DNA of 62,469 nucleotides. Source: a virus. Lineage: Duplodnaviria > Caudoviricetes. The notes below the pieces were generated by a model that did no database searches, was not told where the DNA came from, and saw only the letters and a program-made list of their open reading frames with translations. This document shows, in pieces, positions 1 to 8,131 of this stretch; positions within the stretch are counted from its first letter, which is position 1; every line of letters begins with the position of its first letter. Position numbers and translations under genes: made by a program. The stretch is taken from the IMG/VR virus record IMGVR_UViG_3300035101_000006, positions 1 through 62,469 of that record; one strand, given 5' to 3'.

Positions 1-161
1 CGCTGGGCGTTAGGCGGGTGAGTCTGGCCCCCGGTGGGGGTCAGCGAAGCCGCCTAACGCGCCGCGAGTTAAGCGGACTTCGGGTCATCCACTTCCCCCC
101 ACCAATCATCGACAAGTTTATAAAATGACGCCAAGCATTCTGAACATAAATCCGCATCACA
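1..161. repeat. Terminal direct repeat (copy 1), indicating a circular or circularly permuted assembly
   Basis: 1-161 equals 62309-62469 except T35 vs A62343. Confidence 0.95.
9..58. repeat. Cassette spacer hairpin H5 (= 62317-62366)
   Basis: GTTAGGCGG-gtgagt-CTGGCCCCC-ggw-GGGGGTCAG-cgaag-CCGCCTAAC. Confidence 0.9.
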
Positions 162-272
162 AAATATTGGCGCTTTCTTAGTCCGTAAAGCTAATTTCAA
201 GTCAAGTAACGAGAGAAAGGGATATGTATTCTCAATTTCATTTTTGCATCTATCGCATACTGTTATCTTCAT
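69..272 (-). CDS. Cassette ORF, small Cys-rich protein (CDRC...CSEC)
   Basis: 67 aa, AT-rich, purine-rich SD; stop TAA lies inside the CCGCTTAA repeat. Confidence 0.75.
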   Translation of the reverse strand: MKITVCDRCKNEIENTYPFLSLLDLKLALRTKKAPIFCDADLCSECLASFYKLVDDWWGEVDDPKSA

Positions 273-320
273 CTTGCCCCTTTTCTAATTCCAGACTAGC
301 AGTTCCGCTTCAATGAGCAG

Positions 321-530
321 TTATGCGTCCGAAGCGGTTGAGTCGGCTTCGTGTTGGTTGTTGGCGTCGTCGCTGGCTGCACTACTGGCGGCGATATCGT
401 TTAGCACAGCCTGAACGCCATCAATTCCTAGCAGCTCGGTGAGGTTATAAATCAAGTGATAGCACGGTTGAGAGTAAAGCAATATATCTTTTTCTCTCGA
501 TTCTTTTACCATTTCTGCTTCTGTTTTCAT
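321..530 (-). CDS. Cassette ORF, hypothetical protein
   Basis: MKTEAEMVKES start after AGGAGG; stop lies inside GCATAAC. Confidence 0.7.
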   Translation of the reverse strand: MKTEAEMVKESREKDILLYSQPCYHLIYNLTELLGIDGVQAVLNDIAASSAASDDANNQHEADSTASDA

Positions 531-593
531 TCTAGCCGCCTCCTGGCTATTTGATCTAGTAGAGCAAGGATGCCTGCTCATTGCTCGCGGCGC

Positions 594-645
594 GTTATGC
601 GTCCGAGCCTTCCTCCCGAAGGGAGTGAGAGCGAGGACGCATAAC
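594..645. repeat. Cassette spacer hairpin H6
   Basis: GTTATGCGTCC-gagccttc-CTCCC-gaa-GGGAG-tgagagcga-GGACGCATAAC. Confidence 0.9.
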
Positions 646-684
646 TATTATTATGCTGCCCACGTCCACATATACGGCCCTGCA

Positions 685-1014
685 TTATTCGCCACCCCCC
701 ACATCTTGCGGCAGATACCCCAGGCGGCACAGCGCCGTCATCGCCGCCTCACGCTCGTCGCCGTCGCCCAATGGGATTGACGGCACGCAGTCCACACGCC
801 ACCAGCGCCCATCGAACCGGCGCAGCTCTGCCACTTTCAGCCCGCCGACGTACAGGAAGCTGCCAGCGAACCTCGCACCCAGGTTGGTTATCTCCCCGGC
901 GCACTCGTGCCGGTTCTGACAGGTCGCGCACAGCCACCGGCCGCAGCGCCCACAGGTACGGGCGCGGTCCAGGTCGGCGGGTTCGCCGCAGTTGTGGCAG
1001 GTGAAAGTCATCAT
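685..1014 (-). CDS. Zinc-finger hypothetical protein
   Basis: MMTFTCHNC...CGRC...CATC...HEC; start overlaps the upstream stop. Confidence 0.65.
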   Translation of the reverse strand: MMTFTCHNCGEPADLDRARTCGRCGRWLCATCQNRHECAGEITNLGARFAGSFLYVGGLKVAELRRFDGRWWRVDCVPSIPLGDGDEREAAMTALCRLGYLPQDVGGGE

Positions 1015-1244
1015 AGCCCCCTCAGTCTGCGCGCCTCTGAGTGCAGCCTGATTGCCCGGTGCAACCCTGTCAATATGCGGAGGGCGGCCCGCGTCTGCCC
1101 CGCGCAAGCCAGCGCATAGGCCAGCGATTCGGGGTCATAGGCAGCCACGATCACGCCGTCACCCTTGCGCTCCCATCTATCGGGAACGACGCCGAGGTGC
1201 CAGGACGGGGTATTGCGGCGGAGTTCAAGCGTTGTCGTGTCCAT
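1011..1244 (-). CDS. Hypothetical protein
   Basis: 77 aa ORF coupled to its neighbours. Confidence 0.55.
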   Translation of the reverse strand: MDTTTLELRRNTPSWHLGVVPDRWERKGDGVIVAAYDPESLAYALACAGQTRAALRILTGLHRAIRLHSEARRLRGL

Positions 1245-1764
1245 CTGTCAATGCCTTTGCGCTTGGCGCCGATAATTTCTTTGCTACCTCGCGCACCGCT
1301 GGCAACATTCTCGCCTGGTGTTTTGCGCGCTTGTCAAGTCTGTCGTATGTGTCAATAAAGCGCGCGCGCGTCGTGTGTATCATATCCTCTGGCGTGGCGC
1401 AAATCAGCCGCCAACCTCCGACCGCGTTAATTGTGCGGATTATCAAATCGTTGTCAAAGTTCGGCAGCCTACACCAGCCGTAATGACCGATAGCAGATGT
1501 TACAATTCCCCAGGCGTCCGCCCCGGTTGGCCTGTCCTGCCCCTCATCCACCAAGCGGAACGCGGCGGAGCGGATCTGACCGGCAGATGGGAACCAGGGC
1601 GAATCAGCCGCGGCTAAGTCGAGCACCGCCGCCTTGAATAAATCAAGGTCCAGGTCGCACAATATCAGGTAGTACGCCTCGACCGTGGCCGGCGTCAGAT
1701 TGAAACGCGGGAAAGCGGCCGCGAGTAATCCCATAGCCTTTGCAAATTCCTGTCGCTCAATCAC
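1225..1764 (-). CDS. Helicase loader/inhibitor-like protein (SPP1 G39P / DUF6475-like)
   Basis: EFAKAMGLLAAAFPRF...FPSAGQIR...AWG..V..A pattern, directly downstream of the initiator. Confidence 0.7.
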   Translation of the reverse strand: MIERQEFAKAMGLLAAAFPRFNLTPATVEAYYLILCDLDLDLFKAAVLDLAAADSPWFPSAGQIRSAAFRLVDEGQDRPTGADAWGIVTSAIGHYGWCRLPNFDNDLIIRTINAVGGWRLICATPEDMIHTTRARFIDTYDRLDKRAKHQARMLPAVREVAKKLSAPSAKALTDGHDNA

Positions 1765-2594
1765 GCCGTTGCCCCCCCCTGCTCTAGCCATTGCCTGAGT
1801 CCATCGAATCCGGCCGGCTCACCGCCGACCACGGGAGAGCCGCGCGCCTTTCCCTTGTTCTTGGCACAGCCCACCAGATACGACACAACCCGAGCGCGGC
1901 TGGTACATCCCTCGCGCAGCGCCTTGTGGAGCAGGTCGTCAAACTCATCACCCAGCACCTGCGCGGCGGCCAGAAAATCGCGCTTTTGCTCTAATGTCTC
2001 GAACGTCTTGGGACCGCGTCGGCCTTTAGCCTTGGCGGTTGCCTGCAATCTCGCCTTGAGTATTCGCGCCTCCGGGGTGTCAAAATCTACTGTTTCGCTT
2101 GGAGGCGGGGGCGATCCGCCCCCCTCCGTAGGAGGTTCTTGGTGTTGTGGGGATTCGGGTACGGGTTCGGGTACGGGTACGGGGCTATCGTTAGTCACAC
2201 TGTTACTACCATCGTTACTAACACCGTTACGCATAGCCATTTCATCACCTTGACTTCGTTTCTTGCGCTCGCGCCATTCCGCCTGCCGCTTGGCATTGGC
2301 GGCCCTCTCTGCCTTTACCTGCTCGGCACTCGGGTTGTATTCGAGGTAATCGTGTATTTGATAGCCGCCGTCTGCGCGTTCCCATAGTCCGGCGGCAACC
2401 AAACGATCAGCGATGGCAAGCGGATCATCACAGACAAAGAGCAACCGTTTAACCTGGATCTCTGGCACAAATCCATCGGTGAGATAGTCGGCGCACCACG
2501 AAAGCGTCAGCAGGAAAAGCCCCATTGCCTCTGGTCCTGCCTCCAATACTTTCGGGTGGCTATGTAGTCTGTCATCAATCTTTGCCCAGGTCAC
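1761..2594 (-). CDS. Phage replication initiator / replisome organiser
   Basis: MTWAKIDDRLHSHPKV...DGFVP...GLW...YQIHDYLEYNPS N-terminus typical of phage initiators; PVPVPEPVP linker. Confidence 0.8.
   Translation of the reverse strand: MTWAKIDDRLHSHPKVLEAGPEAMGLFLLTLSWCADYLTDGFVPEIQVKRLLFVCDDPLAIADRLVAAGLWERADGGYQIHDYLEYNPSAEQVKAERAANAKRQAEWRERKKRSQGDEMAMRNGVSNDGSNSVTNDSPVPVPEPVPESPQHQEPPTEGGGSPPPPSETVDFDTPEARILKARLQATAKAKGRRGPKTFETLEQKRDFLAAAQVLGDEFDDLLHKALREGCTSRARVVSYLVGCAKNKGKARGSPVVGGEPAGFDGLRQWLEQGGATA
2190..2231. repeat. Putative iterons (origin) inside the initiator gene
   Basis: GTTA(C/G) at 2190, 2202, 2214 and 2226, an exact 12-bp period. Confidence 0.45.
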
Positions 2595-2604
2595 CGTTGC
2601 CCCC

Positions 2605-3495
2605 TCACCAATCCCTCACTACCCGGCCGCGCTCCGTCAGTACAACCGGCTCACTCCCGTACTCAATCAGGTTAAAGTATGCAAAATTGCCCCACGGACC
2701 ATCCGCGTACAGTTCTGTCGAGAACACGACCGCCCGCTGTATGCGCGTCTCATTCCCCACCCAGGCGAGAAACGCGCCCAGCTCGTCTGGATCTGCAATC
2801 CCTATCTCGCTAATAATTGCAAATTCTATGCCCGCCCCTTCTGCGTTCCATCCGTCCATCAGGGCAAGCATCCCCTCGGAATGCGCGATACACTCCGCCG
2901 CCGTGTTGTAGTAACAGTGCCAGTCCAGCACGTCAAACGGGAACGGGGCACCTGGATACATCGCCGCGTACTCGTCCACGAAATCGACAAGCCAGGGGGG
3001 ATGTATAGTAATCGCCGGCGATGCCCACTTGTATTCTGGAAACCGGTCAAGCAATAGGTGTTGATACACCGCCCAGGCCGCCGGGCTGATGTTCGCCTGT
3101 TCCGCAATTTCTGGCTCGTTCGCGGACAGCACGACCGCACCCGGCGCCGCCTCGATCTGCCGCCGTCCAGCCAGCACGTCATCGGCCAGCCAGGCGCAGC
3201 AAACGCACGGCATCTGCACGATATATCTGGGGCAGTCCTTGTTTGTGGCAACGTGCCACCCCCGCGCGTACTGCGCGCCCAGCGCCTCGACGATGCCGGC
3301 GCACCGCCCGGAGGTCAGTGCCACCCCTAGCTTATTGGGGTAATCGCTGGCGACCAGCGGTAGATATACCGTGTACGTCATTTCCTGCGGGGTTGCCTCT
3401 TGCGGTTCCCCCTGCCGCAGCACAAAGTAGACGGCGGTGATGGCGACTATGGCGCAGATGGCAAAGACCAGGGCAACGCGGCGTGCTGGCTTCAT
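2605..3495 (-). CDS. Membrane-anchored putative glycoside hydrolase (clan GH-A-like)
   Basis: N-terminal TM, YLPLV motif, NEPE acid/base motif, DWHCY and ISEIG motifs. Confidence 0.6.
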   Translation of the reverse strand: MKPARRVALVFAICAIVAITAVYFVLRQGEPQEATPQEMTYTVYLPLVASDYPNKLGVALTSGRCAGIVEALGAQYARGWHVATNKDCPRYIVQMPCVCCAWLADDVLAGRRQIEAAPGAVVLSANEPEIAEQANISPAAWAVYQHLLLDRFPEYKWASPAITIHPPWLVDFVDEYAAMYPGAPFPFDVLDWHCYYNTAAECIAHSEGMLALMDGWNAEGAGIEFAIISEIGIADPDELGAFLAWVGNETRIQRAVVFSTELYADGPWGNFAYFNLIEYGSEPVVLTERGRVVRDW

Positions 3496-3995
3496 TCCTT
3501 TGCTCCTAGCCCCGCTTGGGGCAGTTCTGGCCCGGGCATCTCGTCCCATTCGCGCCCATCCAGCAGGCGACCGGCGGCTTTCTTGCCGATGAATTGTCCT
3601 GTCTCAGAATCGCGTTCTGGTAGATGTAACTTATTGTGTTCCTCTTTGGTCATACGTTGTAGATTTTCCCATCGGTTATCGGTTTTGTCTCCATTGATAT
3701 GGTGTAGAACCTCACCTTGCAAGAGCGAGTCGCCAGCAGAGACCCAAACCAGCGTATGCTCATAGGCGTAACCATTGGAATCTGCCAGCGGATGTGATTT
3801 GCCGACGCGAATTTTCACATAGCCACCATCGGCTATCATTCTGCCGTCATTCCAGCGGTAATGCATTGAACTATTTACGTGGTTATTATGCAATCCGCGG
3901 CCATCTGGAACATCCATAATATCACACCCAAGTTCTTCGGCTCTCTTTTTGCGACGGTAATATGTCGTCCTGCTAAACGGGTAACCTTTATACAT
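3492..3995 (-). CDS. HNH endonuclease
   Basis: GYAYEHTLV...LHHINGDKTDNRWENLQ...EHNKLH. Confidence 0.9.
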   Translation of the reverse strand: MYKGYPFSRTTYYRRKKRAEELGCDIMDVPDGRGLHNNHVNSSMHYRWNDGRMIADGGYVKIRVGKSHPLADSNGYAYEHTLVWVSAGDSLLQGEVLHHINGDKTDNRWENLQRMTKEEHNKLHLPERDSETGQFIGKKAAGRLLDGREWDEMPGPELPQAGLGAKE

Positions 3996-4761
3996 TTGGA
4001 TACTCCCTTATCATCAGATCGTCTGGAATCGGTGCTTTCTTTGACATCTGCTTCATAAAAAACGGCACACCCGCCATCTGGCATTGGTCCCGTAGCGACC
4101 GCGCCCAGTCGGGATGCATCGGGCGCGCGTCGGGGCCAGATTCGCCGCCGCAGATGACCCAATCAAGTAGCGAATATCTGGCTGGGTCATCTCGTGCAGT
4201 TGCGCCTTGAGGATTGATCCACTCCGATAAATCTACCGGCCCCAGCATCGGCTCCACGCTCACAAACCGCACCGCCGCCGGTATCTGTAGCAGGGTGGGG
4301 ATGCGCTCGTTAGCCCGCTCCTGGTTCTCTGCTGTGACGCCAAGCCAGATGTTCGGGAATGGGTCTGGTTTTCCGTCACGATCAACAATGTACTCACTGA
4401 TCCACTCTTTCATTCTTCCGGGGCGTTTTGTGAGTACCTGAAATGTATGTTGTCTTGTGTTCTGGCGTCCCATCACGCGGAAAACCTCAAGAATGAATGA
4501 GTCTGGAATATCCTCGTGGAACAAATCTCCCATACTCACCACGAACACCCGCCGCGGCTTGCGCCAATGTAACGGCTCATCCAATCGGTCGGGGTGCAGC
4601 GTCACGTCGAAATTGTGTGACGCTTCTGGGTATCCGCACCGCCCGGCTAGGCGCTTGCTCATCCGTTCAGCGTAACAATGGGCGCACCCCTCGCTGATCT
4701 TTGTGCAGCCGGTGACAGGGTTCCACGTTTGGTCAGTCCATTCGATTTTAGTCTTGCCCAT
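3988..4761 (-). CDS. Phage Gp37/Gp68 (DUF5131) radical-SAM-like protein
   Basis: IEWTDQTWNPVTGCTKISEGCAHCYA, SMGDLFH, LTKRP, SVEPML, GGESG. Confidence 0.92.
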   Translation of the reverse strand: MGKTKIEWTDQTWNPVTGCTKISEGCAHCYAERMSKRLAGRCGYPEASHNFDVTLHPDRLDEPLHWRKPRRVFVVSMGDLFHEDIPDSFILEVFRVMGRQNTRQHTFQVLTKRPGRMKEWISEYIVDRDGKPDPFPNIWLGVTAENQERANERIPTLLQIPAAVRFVSVEPMLGPVDLSEWINPQGATARDDPARYSLLDWVICGGESGPDARPMHPDWARSLRDQCQMAGVPFFMKQMSKKAPIPDDLMIREYPNV

Positions 4762-5095
4762 CGTTTCCTCTTTCCTCCAGCCCTAGCGCCCGCTGCCGCT
4801 GGCAGTCGGGGGCGTGGCCAAAGTCACTGTGCCATCCGCACCAGGCGCACAAGTCATGGCCGCAATGTGTGGCGATTGGCACATATTCCACCGCCTCCAC
4901 CGCCGCCCGCAGCTCGTCCCGTTGGGCGCGCAAATCTTCCGCGCGTGACCATTCTGTGTGATAGCAGTCCTCATAAATTAACCGCTGCTTTTTATGTTCC
5001 TTTGCCGCCCGCTTCCAAGCGACCAGTTCCCGCCGCAGCCGCTCGTACTCGGCGCGCTTGGCGTCGGGTGACATTTTGGCCCAGTTGTCGGTCAT
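4748..5095 (-). CDS. Hypothetical protein
   Basis: 115 aa, coupled; C-terminal CAWC...HAPDC. Confidence 0.6.
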   Translation of the reverse strand: MTDNWAKMSPDAKRAEYERLRRELVAWKRAAKEHKKQRLIYEDCYHTEWSRAEDLRAQRDELRAAVEAVEYVPIATHCGHDLCAWCGWHSDFGHAPDCQRQRALGLEERGNDGQD

Positions 5096-7383
5096 TGGGC
5101 GGCCTCAGCTTGCTGCATAGCGGCCCAATCAAATAGCGTTTCACTTTTTCCCAAAGTCGCTGCACCCTTCATATTATTCACGGCTTCCTCGAAATATGAC
5201 CGTTTCAACTCAATGATGATGGCCTTGCGTCCGTGTTTGAGCGCAACGTACCCCTCGCTACCAATGCCACCAAATGGGGATAGTACGGTTTCACCGGGAT
5301 TTGAGTAGAGCTTGATGCATCGTTCAATAGTCTCAAGTTGCAATGGGCAGATGTGCTTTTCGTCATCGTGTGCGCGTCCGTGGTTGTAGCCGTGTTGAAG
5401 TACGTTTGTCTCGTTTATATCGGTCCACACGCCAGCCGCCCATTTTATCCATAGTTCATTGTCCATCTCGCCATTCTCAACCGGCGTGATAGGCACTTCA
5501 TTTTCCCCAGGCTTGCGGAACACAAGCACTTGGTCAATTAGAGCTGGACGGCTCCAAATGCTATCCTTCTTGAGTTGTACAAAAAGCAACCCCTTTGAGT
5601 GCGTGCGGATCGCTTGCGCTTGTGGATTTTTGCTGATGACGATTCGACCGTGGAACACCCAGCCTTCACGCTCGTATGCATCAATCACGCGGCCTGGAAA
5701 GTCCTTAATCCCAATATACCCATCGTTCTGCGCCAGCGCCGGAATGTCGCTGGTATGCACACAGGTTGCGCGACCTGGTTTTGTTACCCGCAGCACGTCA
5801 CGGATGATGTAGGCGTAATGTTCAAAGAACTCATCCCAATCGCGAGAGTTGCCCAAGTCCCGATTGCTGCTGGTGTAAGTGTAAAGGTCGGCAAATGGCG
5901 GGCTGTAGACTGACAAGTCAATCGAGTTGTCGCCAATCTCTGCGAGACGCTGGCTGGAATCGCCAAGCATTGCTGTCCATCCATCCTCTGATACTGTTTG
6001 CTCCTGGTATTCATCCTGCAGCGGTGCGACCATCCCAAGTTCCTCCTTCTCAAAGTTCTCTAGTTGTTTTATCATCTGTTCGCGCAGCCGCCTTGCCTGT
6101 GCGTCCTTACGCATAACGTTATGATAAACCGAATCCTCAACGTCGCTCATAACGATGTGAACATCAACAGGCGACGGTTGTAAATAGCGCCATTCCCTGC
6201 GCACACATTGATAGAACTGCTCCCAGGAATAGGACAGACCGAAAAACGCCATTTTGTGCGCGTTTTGCATATTCAACCCAAAGCCGCCGATGGCTGGCTT
6301 TGTGACCAAAATGCGAAATTTCCCGTCCTGGAAGTCCTCAAATGCCTGCGCCTTTTCGTCTGGTGAATCATCGCCCGTTACTTCTACGCAATCATCGAGC
6401 GCCGCCGTAACCGCTTCACTTTCCTCATTCAGCCCCACCCACACAATCCATTGCTCATTATCATCGCCAATGATCTCGGTGAGTTTATCGAGTCGCTGAG
6501 GAATTGTATCACGTCGGATCTCTGCGAGCTGTCTAATACCTTTGATATGGGTAAAGAAAAGTTGATCGTCTGGTTTGTAGTTTGAGCGAACAAAGTATTT
6601 GTGCTGTCGGAGGGGCGGTAACACAAAGCCGTCATCATCATAGCCCAGGTCGCTTGGCTTTGTCATCATAACCGCCCAACTTGCCAGCCATCGCAAGAAT
6701 GGTTGTTCGGCGTGATGCTTTAAACGCCACTCCTGCCCGGCTGCATTGCTGCCCTTTTTGCGATATGCCTTGTCGTCGATGTAGTAGGTGTGTTCCTTGT
6801 TGGCATTGATAAAGAACATCGCCAGCATTTCGGCGCGTGAGCAAATGCCCAGAAATTCGGCGTGATTGCCCAGCTCCGTGTGGTCGTTCGGCGATGGGGT
6901 CGCCGTACAACAAAGGCGATATGGAACAATCTGGCAAAGCTCCGTCAAACGCTTGCGTGTGCTGCCTGAAATTGATTTGAGGATGCTTGATTCATCCAAC
7001 ACAACCGCGCCGAATTCGTCAAAGTCGAAGTGGTCAATCATCTCGTAGTTTGTGATGGATATTAGGCCGTCAACCTCGCTTTGGTTACGCACATACTTAA
7101 CATCAATGTCAATCTTTTTGCCCTCTCGAACCGTCTGCCTTGCCACGGAAAGGGGAGCGATGATCAGAGTTTTCTCACCCATCAGCCGCGCCCATTCCAA
7201 CTGGCAGAATGTTTTACCGAGGCCGGTATCGAGAAACAAAGCACAACGCCCCTTGCGAACCGCCCAGGCCGTCACGTCACGCTGAAACGGGAATAGCATT
7301 TGATTGACTTCTGAATCGTCAACCTGCTTGCCATAAGCCGTTTGCCTGAATCGCTTTGTCTCTAAGAATTCCTGATAGTTCAT
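5092..7383 (-). CDS. SF2 (SNF2-like) helicase fused to an N4/N6 DNA methyltransferase
   Basis: DTGLGKT, LDESS, TATP, GLNMQ helicase motifs; YSPPF, KHICPLQL, LSPFGGIGS MTase motifs. Confidence 0.9.
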   Translation of the reverse strand: MNYQEFLETKRFRQTAYGKQVDDSEVNQMLFPFQRDVTAWAVRKGRCALFLDTGLGKTFCQLEWARLMGEKTLIIAPLSVARQTVREGKKIDIDVKYVRNQSEVDGLISITNYEMIDHFDFDEFGAVVLDESSILKSISGSTRKRLTELCQIVPYRLCCTATPSPNDHTELGNHAEFLGICSRAEMLAMFFINANKEHTYYIDDKAYRKKGSNAAGQEWRLKHHAEQPFLRWLASWAVMMTKPSDLGYDDDGFVLPPLRQHKYFVRSNYKPDDQLFFTHIKGIRQLAEIRRDTIPQRLDKLTEIIGDDNEQWIVWVGLNEESEAVTAALDDCVEVTGDDSPDEKAQAFEDFQDGKFRILVTKPAIGGFGLNMQNAHKMAFFGLSYSWEQFYQCVRREWRYLQPSPVDVHIVMSDVEDSVYHNVMRKDAQARRLREQMIKQLENFEKEELGMVAPLQDEYQEQTVSEDGWTAMLGDSSQRLAEIGDNSIDLSVYSPPFADLYTYTSSNRDLGNSRDWDEFFEHYAYIIRDVLRVTKPGRATCVHTSDIPALAQNDGYIGIKDFPGRVIDAYEREGWVFHGRIVISKNPQAQAIRTHSKGLLFVQLKKDSIWSRPALIDQVLVFRKPGENEVPITPVENGEMDNELWIKWAAGVWTDINETNVLQHGYNHGRAHDDEKHICPLQLETIERCIKLYSNPGETVLSPFGGIGSEGYVALKHGRKAIIIELKRSYFEEAVNNMKGAATLGKSETLFDWAAMQQAEAAQ

Positions 7384-7676
7384 AGCGCCGTCCCTGCCTT
7401 GTCATCGACGTACACATCAGCGCCGCCCTTTGCCATCATCAGGCCGTGAAACGGTATGCGGTTTGCAATGAGCCAGCCGACGGTTTCTGGCGCGCATTCC
7501 CACTGGCGCGCCGTCCAGATGATGACGATGTTGCCGGAGCGGTACAGGTCGCGCAATTTCTCAACCTGCTTGAGGTTCGGCGTTGGTTGTTCCAGCCAGA
7601 ACGGCTCACCGTTTGTTAGCGTCCCGTCCAGGTCTATCGCTATGACTCTGCGCGGTGCGTTCTCGTCAAACTCCAT
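7380..7676 (-). CDS. Small HAD-family phosphatase
   Basis: IDLDGTL, WTAR, K, YVDDK motifs. Confidence 0.8.
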   Translation of the reverse strand: MEFDENAPRRVIAIDLDGTLTNGEPFWLEQPTPNLKQVEKLRDLYRSGNIVIIWTARQWECAPETVGWLIANRIPFHGLMMAKGGADVYVDDKAGTAL

Positions 7677-7703
7677 ATCTCCCCTTTTCCCACCAAGACA
7701 CGA

Positions 7704-7844
7704 AACCGCCCGAGACGGTCAAGCTCGTTGAGGACAAGCGATGACACAGGGTCTCGGGCGGTTGCCTATTTTGGTAGTTTATCTCCTGTATCATCATTGC
7801 TTGTCCTCAAGAAATATCTTATCACACAACTGCGTCCTTGTCAA
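7704..7844 (-). promoter_or_regulatory. Sigma70 promoter plus attenuator-like structured leader
   Basis: TTGACA(7844)-17-TAAGAT(7821); 13-bp stem 7704-7716/7751-7763; loop 7728-7744 is complementary to 7794-7810. Confidence 0.7.
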
Positions 7845-8131
7845 GCGTTTGCCTCCGCCTCTTTTTGGCACTCTGAGCACCAATGCGTCACCCTCTCGCC
7901 CCGCACCGCCGACCGGGGATGGCCGCAGGGCAGCAGCTCCACCGGCGCCAGCTCGTCGTGCCGCGCCGTGCAGGTGTGCCCCGGCCACTTGACGACGTAC
8001 AGGCCCAGGGCGGAGACGAAGGACACGACGGCCTCCACCGGGTCGCCGTGGTTGGCGTAGGTGACGGGCTGGTTGACGACGAACTCCGGCTCGGGCAAGT
8101 CCTTGGGCGGCACGACGGGCGGCGTTTTCAT
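7841..8131 (-). CDS. Hypothetical protein
   Basis: Coupled ORF with C-terminal PCGH...CSEC. Confidence 0.55.
   Translation of the reverse strand: MKTPPVVPPKDLPEPEFVVNQPVTYANHGDPVEAVVSFVSALGLYVVKWPGHTCTARHDELAPVELLPCGHPRSAVRGERVTHWCSECQKEAEANA

Larger units (their letters stand above)
1..660 (-). mobile_element. Integron-like gene cassette array (part 2)
   Basis: Hairpins at 9-58 and 594-645; unit IR TAACGCGCCGCGAG / CTCGCGGCGCGTTA; internal TTCCGCTTCAATGAGCAGTTA site at 303. Confidence 0.8.
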
